A DNA stretch of 64,000 bases from Eledone cirrhosa (GCA_964016885.1 OZ024741.1:281356001-281420000), one strand, 5' to 3'; counted from the first letter of the stretch, positions 10,304 through 23,237 are shown. Program-made: numbers and translations. Notes: generated from the sequence alone by a model not told the origin.

Positions 10304-11209
10304 AAATCTAGCTAAGACAAAAGTGTTGATGAGTAGAAAAGAGGACAAAACCCTGATTCCGTCAGGGAAATGGCCATGTTCGATATGCAGAAAAGGAACT
10401 GGCATAAATTCTATAAAATGCACACAATGCAGGTCCTGGGTACACAAGAGATGTAGCGGGATAGCAGGCAAACTAACAGGTAGGGAGAAATATGTATGCA
10501 GTAGATGTACAGGGAAATTAGACAGTAGAAGTCGCACTGATAGACACATTTTTCCAATGCAGGCGGGTGCTATAGAAGTGATGGATAGCTTCCGGTACCT
10601 AGGAGATCAGATTAGCATGGGAGGAGGGTGTTCTGAGGCCATAGTATCTAGAATAAGGACGGGTTGGAAGAAGTTTAGGGAGCTGCTTCCTCTGTTGACG
10701 AAGAAGGGTTTCTCTCTGCGTACGAAAGGCCGGTTGTATGATGCCTGTGTGAGGAGCGCGATGCTGCATGGTAGTGAGACATGGGCAGCAACTGCAGAGG
10801 ATATGCGACGGCTGGAGAGAAATGAGGCAAGCATGCTCCGTTGGATGTGCAGTGTAAATGTGCGTGAACGAACCAGCATAAATGTGTTGAGAGAGAAACT
10901 GTGTCTGAGAGGGATAGAATGTAGTGTACGGGAGAGGAGACTGAGGAGGTATGGACATGTGATGCGCATGGAGGATGACCGATGGGTGAAGAAGTGCCAG
11001 GAAATGCCAGTTGAAGGAAGACGTGGTAGAGGTAGACCACGAAAAACATGGGCGGAGGTGGTGAGAATAGACCTCAGATCATTGAAGCTCATGGTGGAGA
11101 TGACGAGGGACCGTGACGAGTGGAGAGATGCTGTGCTGAATAAGACCCATCCCACCCTTGCAAGCAGGGAAAAGCGGACGTAAAATGATGATGATGATGA
11201 TGATGATGA
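10299..11209 (+). mobile_element. 5'-truncated RTE LINE 3' end with open ORF and (GAT)n tail
   Basis: The 286-aa ORF is homologous to the C-terminal half of 5150-6565. It begins directly after (TA)n and ends ggacgtaaaat(gat)n. Confidence 0.95.
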
Positions 11210-11374
11210 TAGTAGTAGTGTAATAGTTTGGTAAAGATATCCAAGGTATAGAGTAACTCATGTCCTCTTTTTTTTCTTTATTTTCTTTCTTTTCTTTTCT
11301 AGTAAATATTTTTCGACTTCATTTTCAGGTTGAACAAGTTGGTCCTGCGGACTGTAATAATCCTGTAGTAACTG

Positions 11375-11452
<78 letters not shown>

Positions 11453-11489
11453 GTATATATGTATGTATGTATAAGTATGTATGTATGTA

Positions 11490-11686
11490 AAAGGTAAATA
11501 GAACAATCGGTACAGTATATGGAAGGAATATATTAGGTTAACGCTTGAAGTAGCAGGAAGAGGGTCTTAACGTTTTGGACGCTAGTCTTTCATCAGAAGA
11601 AAGAATGAGAAATAAGATAGATTGAGGAGACAGGCGGGTTATATTATAAAGAGTCAGGATGAACTTTCGCCAGTTTCAACAGCCAT
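11490..11686 (-). mobile_element. Penelope-like terminal fragment with a degenerate minimal hammerhead (11565-11600)
   Basis: Minus strand UCUU-CUGAUGA-A-aGAC uagc GUCc-aAAAC-GUU-AAGA. A second copy lies at 19647-19682. Confidence 0.6.
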
Positions 11687-11759
11687 ATATATATATATAT
11701 GATGATGATGATGATGATGACAAGATAGCAATTGTGATGGCAATGATAATGGTGCTGAT

Positions 11760-13300
11760 AATAATAATAATAATAATAATAATAATATTAATAATAATAA
11801 TAATAATAATGAAATTATTGTGTACAGTGCTCAGGTGCACTACAACTCATCAGTGGTGCATGTATAGTACATAGAATAATATACAAATGTCAGGGAAGTG
11901 AATAGTGTAGGAGTCATGATATACATGTATGCATGTGTATGGAGGGGAAATATTAGGTGTAGTGTTGGCGAATCTCAGGAAGCATGGAGGTTTTAAAGGA
12001 TGCAATGTCTCGACAGCTAATAACTGATGCAGGTAGTTTGTTCCATGCTTCAGCAACTCTGAGTGTGAAAAAATGTTTCTGAAAGTTATGAGAGCTGTGC
12101 TGTTTTCTGACTTTGTTGGCATGCATACGCGTGTTAGATACATGGAAATCAAAAAGGTATTCAGGGTTGTTGTTGGCAAGATGGTTAATAACTTTGGTGT
12201 TTACCAAGTCAGTTGCCAGAGGTCAGAGCTTCAATGTATCCATGCCCAGGGAAGCAAGGAGTCTGATGGAGGGAATTTGCTTAGTTACACGTCTCTGAAC
12301 AGTTTCCAGGCGGTCAATGTTTGAAGCAAGATAGGGGTTCCTGACTGGTGATGCAAATTCTAAGTGTGGCCGCACCACAGCTTTAAATAAATAGCTGGAG
12401 AGCGGCTGACAAAGGTCTTGCTGAGTGATGCTAAGCACCCTCGGCCTTCTTGACAATTTTAGAGACGTGCTTCGTCCAACGCAAATCGCTGCTGACAGTA
12501 ATGCCCAGGTCATGTTCATAAGAAGACTTCTTGATATTAGTGTTGTGGAGGGAGTATGTGGATGCTGGGTTTTTACTCCCAAAATGCATGGTGGTACACT
12601 TGTTCACAGCTAGCTTGAGTTGCCAGTCTGAGATCCATTGTTGCATTGTATCCAGGTCAGACTGCAAGCAAGATCTATAGTGTTCAGGATCTGTCCTTTT
12701 TATCTCAAGGTACAGCTTGATGTCATCTGCATATTTCAGTACTGTGGCATTCTTTAAGTTGGCATCTATGTCATTAATATATGCCATACAGTGAGGAATG
12801 CTGTCCTAGAACCGTGACTACCTCTCTTCGACTGAGAATGAAGGACTTCAAGCAGTTAAAAAGATCATCCTTCACACCCATTGCAGAGAGTTTCGCCATA
12901 AATCTTTTGTGTGGCACAGAATTGAAAGCTTTCGCAAAGTCAAGGTAAACAACATCCACCCATGAGCCGCCATCAGTGATCCGGGTGATGTCTTCAAGAA
13001 ACTCATTAAGTTAATCACAGCAGCTGGAGTTAGGGATAAATCCAAATTGCGAGGGCTGGATAAGACTGTGAGAGTTCCAAAAGTTTCAAAGTGTTTCTCT
13101 GACACAGGATTCCATCAGTTTGGCAATGCAGCTAGTAAGACTGACTGGACGATAGTTCACAGGTGATGTGCAGTTACACTTTTTGAACAGAGGAATGACA
13201 CTGGCAGTTTTCCACTGTTCTGGAGTAGCACCATTGTTCAGACAGATTTGGAAGAAGCGTGAAAGCTGGTGCAGAAGGAAGTACCCATCACGTTTGTAGC
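11760..13300 (-). mobile_element. CR1/L2-group LINE RT fragment with frameshifts and (TTA)n tail
   Basis: NYRPVSLTS, DVVYLDFAKAF, KYADD, RPHLEFAS and HFFTLRVAEAWNKLP motifs are spread over several minus-strand ORFs. Confidence 0.93.
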
Positions 13301-13599
13301 GATTAGTGATGACAGAAATCACAGTGATGATGATAATGACAATAGTTTGGTGATGAGACTGATAGTAATGGTGTTGATAGCAATAGCCATGATACCTAAA
13401 TAGTTACATACAATGAAAATCAGCATTGATTACAGACAAACATTTTCACAACTACATCTATGGGTGGAAGGTTATTTCAAATCTTGTCTAGATTCCTTTC
13501 TGTGTTTATACATACATAGATTTCTATTTTCTCTCTCTCTCTCTCTCTCATATATATGCTTTGAAAATGTTTTAGCTGATTATACAATGACATATATAT

Positions 13600-13685
13600 A
13601 TAATGAAAATTATTGTGTACAGTGCTCAGGTGCACTACAACTCATCAAAGGTGCATGTATAGTACATAGAGTAATGATACACATG
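13600..13685 (-). mobile_element. Isolated 3' end of the same CR1-like family
   Basis: ttattgtgtacagtgctcaggtgcactacaactcatca is also found at 11815-11852. Confidence 0.85.
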
Positions 13686-14326
13686 CACACAAACATACTC
13701 AGTGGCAGAACAGTGCAATCTCATAAGATGTCACGAGGTGCAACAATTAGCTCTCCGTTGTCATATTCCTAATTAAATATACTGTTTATTATTTTTCAAA
13801 CAATTTTGAAAATAAGTAAGAATTTAGAGGGGTTTAGTATTATAACTAACTTTCTTATTTTTAAGAAACTTCTTACTTAAAATTATGATGGAAGATTTTT
13901 TTAAAAGATAAATATAAACATTTTCAAACGGCTTTATATGATAGAACCAGGGGAGGTTTCAAGCAGTTTGTTATCAAAAGGGTTAAAACTCTTAACATTC
14001 TGTACCACATGAACTCATATTATCAAGACATTTTTGCAAAGTAAAAAACAGCACTATGATTGCATCATATTGAAAATTAGTAATTCCTTAAGTTTACTGA
14101 TTGAGCAAAAATATGATGAAAGGAATTCCAGGGCTGTCTAGCCAGTCTTTGTGTATACAGTAAAACATCAAACTATTATCAAACCTATTGTATCCTCTAT
14201 TTATAAGGGAAACATGAAGTGCAATTTTATTGCTTTTCTTGATAACTTTAGCAAATTAAGGGAAGTGGAATGATACAAAGAAAAAAGAAGGGAACTACAC
14301 TCAGTTTTTTTTGTGTGTGTATAAAT

Positions 14327-14380
<54 letters not shown>

Positions 14381-14589
14381 GTATATCACTATATTCATCA
14401 TCCTTTTTATATTAATTTTTCAGTGCTGGCATGATTTGGACAGGATTTTTTGAAGAGAATAACATGACCTGATGCCATTCCTGACACCTACCCTCAATTG
14501 GTAAGCAACACAACATATCAATGTATGAGTTAGTGATATCAAATGCAAAACAAAGATATGAAGGACATATGTGTGTGTGTTTGTATATA

Positions 14590-14870
14590 TGTCACATTCT
14601 GAAGCCAGACAGGTCAGATGATTGCATCTTGCTCATACATTCTATTTTGGCATGCTTTCTACAGCTGGATGTCCTTCCTAATGCCAACCACTTTACAGGG
14701 TGTACAGGGTGCATTTTATTGTGACACCAGTAGGGTGCTCTCTACTCTAAGTTATCTCTGTCATATTTTGAGGTCAGGCAGGTCAGATGACTGCATCTTG
14801 TTCATATGTTCCATTTTAGCATGGCTTCTATGGTTGGATGTCTTTTCTAATGCTAATCACTTCACAGCAA
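14590..14870. repeat. Diverged duplication (~170-bp spacing) of a SINE/RTE-module fragment
   Basis: caggtcagatga.tgcatcttg.tcata...tggatgtc.tt.ctaatgc.aa.cactt.acag occurs twice. Confidence 0.75.
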
Positions 14871-14969
14871 AGACCAGGTTTGTGTTTGTGTATGTGCGCA
14901 CTTTCTTTTCCTCCCAGTTACCAGTGACACATACGAAATGATAGCTGAACTATTCCAAACTGGATGAAT

Positions 14970-15160
14970 AATGGTTTCTGATTTAGGTACAAGGCCAACA
15001 ATTTTTGGGGAGGGGAAAATCGATTAAATCAATCCCAGTGCGTTACTGGTTCTTTATTTTATCAACATATCCCATAAAGATAAAAGGCAAAGCTAACCTT
15101 GGTGGGATTTGAAATCAGAATGTAAAAGGACGCCTTACTGATACTGCCAATCCACCCAAC
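14970..15160 (-). mobile_element. Nin/Deu-domain type SINE
   Basis: Reverse complement of the family consensus seen at 62765-62982. Further copies lie at about 19910-20130, 26190-26370, 38578-38757, 44165-44345, 50238-50365, 53050-53177 and 60665-60870. Confidence 0.8.
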
Positions 15161-16094
15161 TCTGGCTAAATAATACTATGAGTGCATATATGTGTGTACT
15201 AAGAGAAGAATGGAATGTGTATGTATGTGAGTGGTAGAAAATGTCAGTACGTATGTATGAAAGACTGTCCATAGACAGAAATAGGAAAAAAACAAATATG
15301 TAGAATCCTAATTGATATATGGTGTTTCTAGGGCATTGATGTCATATATTTCATTATGAATTTTGTTTATTTACATAAAAATTGGGATGCATGTTTCTGT
15401 GTCCGATAGAACAATAGAACTGTGTTTGTAGCATTTTCCCAGACAGTAGGGCTGTGTTGTTGAAAAATTACTTGAAATAAGAGCTGACATTCTCAATCAC
15501 TCTCATTCACACACACTGACATTCAATCACACACATGCACTCATAGTATTATTTAGCCAGTGGTGGGTGGTTTGGCAGTATCGGTCATACATTCACATTG
15601 CCAGCTGAGATATTTTTTTATAAAATATATATTTTTTTAAATTCAGAAAGAAAAGAAATTATCATCTTGATTATCATCATTTAACGTTCGTTTACCATGC
15701 TAGCAATTGGATGGGCTTTCACAAACCAAATCAGTACTGAAGCTGAGCTACTGACTTCACAGATGGGCCATGTGGGGGTGGAGGAGTACATCTTGCTTAC
15801 ATATGTTCCTGCACTCTACCATCTTCAGGAAACATTCACATGGGTGAAGTCATGAGCAAGAAACCACAGGAACTCACGGTTGAATATTTTCTTCCTACAC
15901 ACACACACACACACACACATACACAAATGAAACAGTTGACTTAAAAAGCATTGGCAAAATTTGAAGTTTGAAATGTGTGCATCCCAACACCAATGACCAG
16001 AATAATAGCTGATCACTATAAATAGCTGAGAAAATTGGGTGAAGTATCCCTGAAGATGGAAAAAGGTGGACAGAAGCACCTGTGAGGAATTAGA

Positions 16095-16660
16095 ACCCAA
16101 CATCACCCAGATGTCAGGGGAGTGTATTAACCCTTACATTTCCCAGATGTCAAAGGAGTGTGTTAACCTTTACATCTTCCAGGTGTTGGCTGAGTGTATT
16201 AACCCCTGTATCTCTCAGATGTCAGGTGAGAGTGTTAACCCCTGTTTCTCCCAGATGTTAGCTAAGTGTTAACCCCTGTATCTACCAGATGTTGGTGAGA
16301 GTGTTAACCCCAGTATCTCCTAGATGTTAGGTGAGTGTTAACCCCTTATCTGCCAGATGTTGGGTGAAAGTGTTAACCCCTGTGTCTCCCAGATGTTGGG
16401 TGAGAATGTTAACCCCAGTATCTCCTAGATGTTTGAGTGTTAACCCCTTATCTGCCAGATGTTGGGTGAAAGTGTTAACCCCTGTATCTCCCAGATGTTG
16501 GGTGAGAGTGTTAACCCCAGTATCTCCTAGATGTTAGGTGAGTGTTAACCCCTTATCTGCCAGATGTTGGGTAAAAGTGTTAACCCCTGTGTCTCCCAGA
16601 TGTTGGGTGAGAATGTTAACCCCTGTATCTCAGATTTCTGGTGACTATGTTAACCCACTA
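16095..16660. repeat. 34-36-bp minisatellite (~16 units) with a trimeric higher-order period
   Basis: Unit gtgttaacccctgtatctcccagatgttgggtgaga. The variants cagtatctccta / cttatctgcca / ctgtRtctccca cycle three times from 16301. Confidence 0.92.
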
Positions 16661-17913
16661 AACTAATGAGTCATAGGTCACCAATGTCATTATTTTAAAA
16701 GATTTTAAGCCTCTAGCTAAAAGTGTAAACAAGGTGGTTGACTTAAGAAGCATCGGAAACATTTGAAATTTGAAACATGTGCATCTCAATGCAAATGACC
16801 ATAAATAATAATTGAGACCCTTTCCTCTCCTTGCTCATATTTTCACTCAAAATCAAACTAAGGATTCATTAATATCAACTTCTACAGCAATTTGCATGCA
16901 GGGTTTGCCAATGTTTGCATTATCGATCAGTCCTAGCAACCAGTACCAAATCCACCTATGTCATCATCATTGTTTAAGATCTGCTTTCCCTGCAGATTGT
17001 CAGTAGATATGGTCAATACCTCCACAACTTTCCCTGCTAGCAAGGGTTAGACAGGTCGTCAGTAGAACTGGTCAATATTTCCACCTCTTTTCCAACTAGC
17101 AAGGGTTGGACAGGTCATCATTACTGAGGTCAATTCTTCCGTTATATATCTTTCTCACTCCTTCCCTGGAAGAAATTGACTGTGCTCAAACATGGAGAGA
17201 ATATGCCTAAGATACACAGTATGTCACGATACAGATCCCCTACAACTCCATTAGGGGTTATGGAACCATACATACATGACTACACTATCCTTCCTATTTA
17301 AAATGGTAGGGTGTGATTTGAAAGAAATTTGGTTGGTATTTCTATCAAACTGAACCAATGCATAGAAGCTTACCCAGAAGGTAATTTTATGAATGGGCTG
17401 GCATGTTATGAATAACATAAAGAAACAGAAAACGATAAAAAAAAATAATGAGCTTTCTGATGCAAGGGAAATAACTCTTTTCATTAACCCCTTTTAACCA
17501 AGTAAACTCTGGTTAAATAAAACTGTCTGGTTAAGGGGCATTCTAGCTATGCTTATCCTATAGTTTTTGTAGATAGTTTATCTACTGTGAGTTTCAGTGA
17601 TTTGAGATATAATAATTAGTTCAGCTATTTATACTGCAATCTAATAAAATACTAACAAGAAAATGTAAATCTTTTGCATTTCTTAATTTTATTTATATAA
17701 ATCTGTAACTGAATAGAAGCCAAATCTTGGGGTAAATAAAGCTTACAGTCACTGTATCCCTCCCCCACGCAACCTTTTCTTAATGATGTAATGTTCAAGC
17801 CGGAGACTGACTAAGCTGATATCATCACAATCATCACCACCACCCCACCATCCTATGTTTAAATTTAATCGTTCTGCCTAGATACACACATACACAGTCA
17901 GATTAAAACTGTA

Positions 17914-19075
17914 CGGAGGTAGGCTGAAAAATTCCTAGGCTGACTATGAAGGACTTGATACTAGAGCCGTGAAATCTCGCACACATTAATTTCAAATCTT
18001 ATTAATAACTGCATTGTTTCTTTCCAGTTAAACTGAAATCCGACTCTTCAAAGAAGACTTCAAATTTAACTAGTAACGATTTCTCTTGAAAGTTGACAAA
18101 AATTGGCATTGTGGTGTTATCAAGTACATGCAGAAAAAGAGTTTAGCCCGTAAGGACATTTATGCTGACATGGTTGCTACATTAGGGGATGACATTCCAA
18201 CTTTATAAAAAGTGCAAAAGTGGGCAGCTGAATTAGGAGAAATGAAAGTCTTGAAGATGACCCAAAGTTTGGACATCCTTCAACTGCCACCACCAAGGAA
18301 AACATTGATCATGTTTATCACATGGTGATCGATGACAGGTGCCTGATTATAAATAAAATAAACAATGCCATTGGCATATCCTGTGAGAGAGTTGAGAATA
18401 GTCGAGAATATTTTGCACAATGAACTTGGCATGACAAAAGTTCCAGCTTGGAGGGTGTCACATCTAACACTTCATCAAAAACACAACAAATTGATCACAT
18501 CAAAGGAAAATCTGACATTGATTGAGGCAGATCCAGCTGGTTTCATCACTTTGAGCCAGAGTCAAAGAGACAATCCATTCAGTGGAAACACCCCTCCTCA
18601 CCTACTAAAAAAAAAAAAAAAAAAAGGCCAAGGTCGTTTCATCTGCAGAGAAGGTGATGACCTCAATTTTTGGGGATGCAAAAGGCATTGTGTTTATTGA
18701 CTATCTTCAAAAGGGTCACACCATTAATAGAGAGTACTATGCCAACTTTCTAAGGCAGTTACGAAAGACCATCAAGATCAAACACCCAGGAAAACTGACA
18801 ACTAGTTGATCCCCCTCCCTATTCTGCTGATTTGGCCCCATCTGACTATCATCTGTTCCCCAACATGAAAAAACACATGATTAGGAACCAGTATATCAAT
18901 GATGACATCCTATCTGCTGTTGATGACGGTTTTTCACCAATGGGATCCAAGCACTGAAATACTGATGGAAGAAGTGTATAGACTGCAAAAGGTACTATGT
19001 TGAAATATAAACATCATTTGGTAACTTTCGATGAGAGTATCTTGGTCAGCCTATCCACTTCTCAGCCAACCCCCG
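17914..19075 (+). mobile_element. Decayed mariner DNA transposon
   Basis: TA-flanked imperfect TIRs (cggaggtaggctgaaaaattcctaggctgac / gtcagcctatccacttctcagccaacccccg). Broken transposase with DIYADMVATLGDD, KVPAWRVSHL (WVPH-like) and PYSADLAPSDYHLFPNMKK. Confidence 0.92.
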
Positions 19076-19569
19076 TATACCCAGAGTCTGAATTGATAAA
19101 ATATATTAAACCACTTTACTATGTACATACACACATCTATCCAGACAGACTCATACACACACACACACACACACACCTACCTATCTACACACCTACTTAC
19201 ACATGCCTACCTATCTACACACACACATACTTAGACATGCACACATACCTACACACACACACACAGATACTTACACATACACATCTATTTATCTACATAT
19301 ACACATAAATATGAATCAGAGATTATTTAGGATTAAAATATTACTACATAGATTTGAATAAAACAAACATTTTTAAAAATCTAAAAAAAGATGAATAGAT
19401 TTCATGATAATAAGTAAGAGATTCAGACATGGTTGTGTGGTTTAGTACGTTGCTTTGTATCCACGTGGTCTAGGGTTCTATCCTACTGTGTGACACTTTA
19501 GGCAAGTCAACCAATAATTTGTATGTAAATTTGGTAGATGAGGACCATAAGGAAGCATGCTGTATATAT

Positions 19570-19765
19570 GGCTGACTGAACACACACGGGTTTTATCTCC
19601 TCTTCTCACTCTCTTCTATCTTTCTATTCTTTTATCTCTCATTTTATCTTCTGATGAAAGACTAGCATTTGAAATGTTAAGACTCTTTTACTACTATACC
19701 AAGTGTTAAACTAATATATATATCTTCATTGTTCTGTATTGTTTGTTTTGTTATTTTCTGTTTAC
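19570..19765 (+). mobile_element. Second Penelope-like terminal fragment with a degenerate minimal hammerhead (19647-19682)
   Basis: tctt-ctgatgaaagactagcatttgaaatgttaaga; its flanks align with 11490-11686. Confidence 0.55.
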
Positions 19766-20292
19766 TATTCACACACACACACATATATATAGAGAGAGAG
19801 ATTGCTTATGAGGAAGACAATACCACTAATGACTGCCAATTTTCTGCCATTACAAATAGAAATATCTATAAAAAACATGGATTTGTTTGTTTTCTTTTCC
19901 ATAAATTACAATGGTTTCTTATTTAGGCACATGGCCAACAATTTTGAGGAGAGGGGAAAGTCGATTAAATCAACTCCAGTGTTTTACTGGTACTTTATTT
20001 TATTGGCCCTGTCAGAATGAAAGGCAAAAGCTAACCTCAGCGAGATTTGAAATTAAAACGTAAAAGTCCATAACAATGTCACAAAGCATATTGTCCAATG
20101 CTCTACCAATACTGACAATCCACCAACCTCTCCATAGATTATAATAAAAAGACACAGACACAGATGTGTCTTTTTATTATTTTATTTCTAATGAAATACA
20201 CTATGTGTTTTAATTAATTTTGAAAATAACCAAAAACTTGGAAGAATTCATTAAAATAAGTAAGTTTTTTTATTAGTTAGCTGATATTGAGA

Positions 20293-20440
20293 AGCGGGAT
20301 GGACAACATTTTTCGAGCATTGGACCACATAGGATGTGGCTTCATAAGTCGGGCTGCACTATTAAAATAATTCAAGGAGATTCTGAAATTAGGTGTGCCA
20401 TTCAGAAAGCCGAACGAACTGCAGTTTTCCCATGCCTGAT
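20293..20440. mobile_element. Possible hAT-type MITE nested in a TTAA MITE
   Basis: A GC-richer insert with ends gcgggatggacaac / gttttcccatgcctg, resembling hAT CAGG.ATGG.CAA termini. Confidence 0.4.
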
Positions 20441-20724
20441 TTAGAACATTAATTAACAAACATTTCTAAAATAAAAAGATATTTTAAAATAAGGAGTTTT
20501 GTATCATAAATCCAGATAGTTTGGTATCAAAAGGCTTTAACCCTGCCATTACTTTTTTTTTTAATGAAAGATACTGCCTAAGGATTTCAATTAATTTTGA
20601 AAATTATTAATTGAGAGATTTAATAAAATAGCTTTTCCATTGTTTTGGGGCATAACAAATGTTCTTAAACAAAACTTTAATGAGGTTTTTAGATAAACAC
20701 AAACGCTATTTCATTCAAATTTTT

Positions 20725-20952
20725 AAAACCTTTCCATTACCATATTTCCATTGAAAGACACTGCCTATGGTTTTCAAATCCTTTTGAAAATAATCAAGAA
20801 TTTTGAGAGATTTAATAATATAACTAACTTTCTCATTATTAAGTTGGCATCTGTGTCATAAGAAATGTTCTTACATAAACACTTCAAAATAAACAATTCC
20901 TTATGATAGGGCCAAGGGCAGTTTCAGGGTGGTTTAGTATCAAAAGGGTTAA
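20725..20952. mobile_element. TTAA/CCCT-ended MITE (piggyBac-like); representative of a frequent family
   Basis: cctttccattaccatatttc ... tagtatcaaaagggttaa. Relatives lie at about 13770-13986, 34988-35205, 38218-38860, 44557-45217, 46268-46491, 46881 and 60518-60977. Confidence 0.65.
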
Positions 20953-21142
20953 TAAAAAGCATAGTTAAATATTTCTTTACTTATGCAGTACAATGTAGGT
21001 AGAGAAACAAAATCTTTATTCATGATGCCAACCAAAGCTTCTTGTCAGAAGTTAATAATAGAAAAGGAAATATAAATCTTGGTTATTTCTGCAATGCTCA
21101 ACATGGCAACAACCTATCCAAAATGTAAGAATTATTTCCTGC

Positions 21143-21316
21143 TACTGCAATAGTAATAGTAGTAGTAGTTCTTGTAGTAGTAATTGTGTTTGTTGTTGTA
21201 GAAGTGGTGGTGGTTGTAGCAGTTGTTGTAGAAGTGGTGGTAGTTGTAGTAGTGGTGGTAGTTGTAGTAGTGGTGGTAGTTGTAGTAGTGGTGGTAGTTG
21301 TAGTAGTGGTGGTAGC
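21143..21316. repeat. (GTA/GTG/GTT)n trinucleotide tract with an 18-bp sub-period
   Basis: agtagtggtggtagttgt is repeated. Confidence 0.9.
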
Positions 21317-21673
21317 TTAGACTTCGTCTTTAATAGTGTTGGTAAAGTGTGTAAGACATGACAAATTACACGCGAAAGCCTAACAACACAAAACCAACAA
21401 CAACACCTATAGGAGGATTTCTGGGTAGGGCACAATAGCAGGCTACACCCTGTTGAGTAAGGAAAAACAAAACTGCATGAATATCTAAAAATACACAAAA
21501 ACACAGTGTGTGTGTGTGTATGGGGTGTATCATATATTATATAAATATTATCATCATTGTCGTTTTAATGGCTGTCCACTTACCATACTAGCAAGGGTTG
21601 CACAGGTCTACATATATATATATGGGTGCCCCAGCATGGCCTCAGCCTGTTGGCTGGAACATGTAATAGGGTA

Positions 21674-21707
<34 letters not shown>

Positions 21708-21719
21708 ATTCACACACAT

Positions 21720-22028
21720 ACCTACTGTTTCCTTGAGCAAGACACTTTATTTCACATTGTTCCAGTTTTCTCAGCTGTAGAAATGAGACGATAGGGACTG
21801 GGACCCCTATCATTCCACTACAAAGTGGTCGTGGAGGTGCCACAGCAAAGAGGCACCCAGCCCACACTGTAAAGTGGTCGTGTAGGCGCCACGGAAAAAA
21901 AGCACCCAGCACTCACTGTAAATGAGGTTGGTGTTAGGAAGGGCATCCAGCTGTAGAAATCAAGCCAGAATCAGTCACCGTCCCACCCTCGCAAGCAGGG
22001 GAAAGCTGATATAAAATGATGATGATGA
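21720..22028 (+). mobile_element. 5'-truncated SINE of the 9242/9652 family
   Basis: Same body and RTE-type tail, with the internal ~48-bp unit duplicated. Confidence 0.88.
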
Positions 22029-22101
22029 TACATATACAATATATACACATTATATATATATATATAAATTATTTTATTATATTATGGTGCACTTTCATCA
22101 G

Positions 22102-22145
<44 letters not shown>

Positions 22146-22819
22146 GCAGAATACCTGTCAAAAATAATAAAAAATATTTTATTTAATAGTTAATTTCTTG
22201 ATTACAACATTCTATGTAAAGATGTTTAATCCTTGGTTTTCCTTTACCTTCTCCCTCTGGTCATTCCAGTCATTTTACATTCATTTAAATTAATTACAAT
22301 AATTTTTTTTTCACATTTTCTTTAATCATTATCAAGCATATATCCACTAATTTATGATACTTTTGTTCCACTTATCTATCTACGGACTGCTATAATATTG
22401 GGATTTGTGCTTTATTATTGTTGTTGTTCTTTACATTGATAAATATACAGTGGTAAGAAACTTTCATGAGAGCAGGACAGCAGGTCTTCAGAGAAGAAAC
22501 CCCACTCAAGCAAATATTTTGGCCATTAACTTCTTACACTCTAAGACAGCCAGGCAGCATCCAGATTATGACTCTTGGGTGCCCTTCTGCTGACATTTAG
22601 CCATTCAGATATTGAAGACTTTCTGTTTATTTAAACCAGATGGAGATTTTGTTGACAAGATCTAGCTGGAACTCCTCTCCATTGCCTCTGCTTTCAAACT
22701 TATATTTAAACGTTTCCTTGAGATAGATAGATAGATAGGTAAGTAATGAAAGATTATTTTGAAAATAATGAATAATTTGAAGGGATTTCTCATTATTAAG
22801 TTGCTGTCTGGAATACAAA

Positions 22820-23010
22820 CAGGGTGTATTAAAAGGAACCATCTGATTTTATTTACAATTTTTACAAATGTTCAGTATGTAAATAATTTTATAAAAATTC
22901 ATAAAAGTTATAAAAAAGAAAACTTTATATTCAGTCAAGTATTGTACAAATTATCACATGATCATATGGCCATTTGTTTAAAAAAAATATAACCTTTTTG
23001 ACACACCTTA
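22820..23010. mobile_element. Tc1/mariner-type MITE
   Basis: cagggtgtattaaaagg ... ccttttttgacacacctta. A second copy lies at 57730-57915. Confidence 0.7.
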
Positions 23011-23011
23011 T

Positions 23012-23237
23012 ATAACCCTTTAGCATTTGCATTATTCTATATTTACTACTGTAATTTCATGGTAAAGGCTTTATCTTACATAATTATCTCACATAATATC
23101 AAATCTATGAGGTTTTGATATTTATTTTGAGAACAATACCTTAACATCGATATGAGTAGCTGGTTACAGCCAGTTTGAACAGAAAGAGATAAGAGAATTC
23201 TGGTCGGATATAGCCGGTTTAAATGCTGAAGGTTTAA
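23012..23237. mobile_element. Second TTAA-type MITE family
   Basis: TIR ccctttagcattt / aaatgctgaagg. Copies at 38272-38497 and 51963-52171. Confidence 0.7.

Noticed and set aside
16095-16660. Interstitial telomeric repeat (TAACCC motif)
   Set aside because: The motif occurs once per 34-36-bp unit, not as tandem (TTAGGG)n.
21142-21504. 120-aa ORF with LPPLLQ repeats
   Set aside because: It derives from a GTA/GTG trinucleotide tract, with no splice signals or domain.
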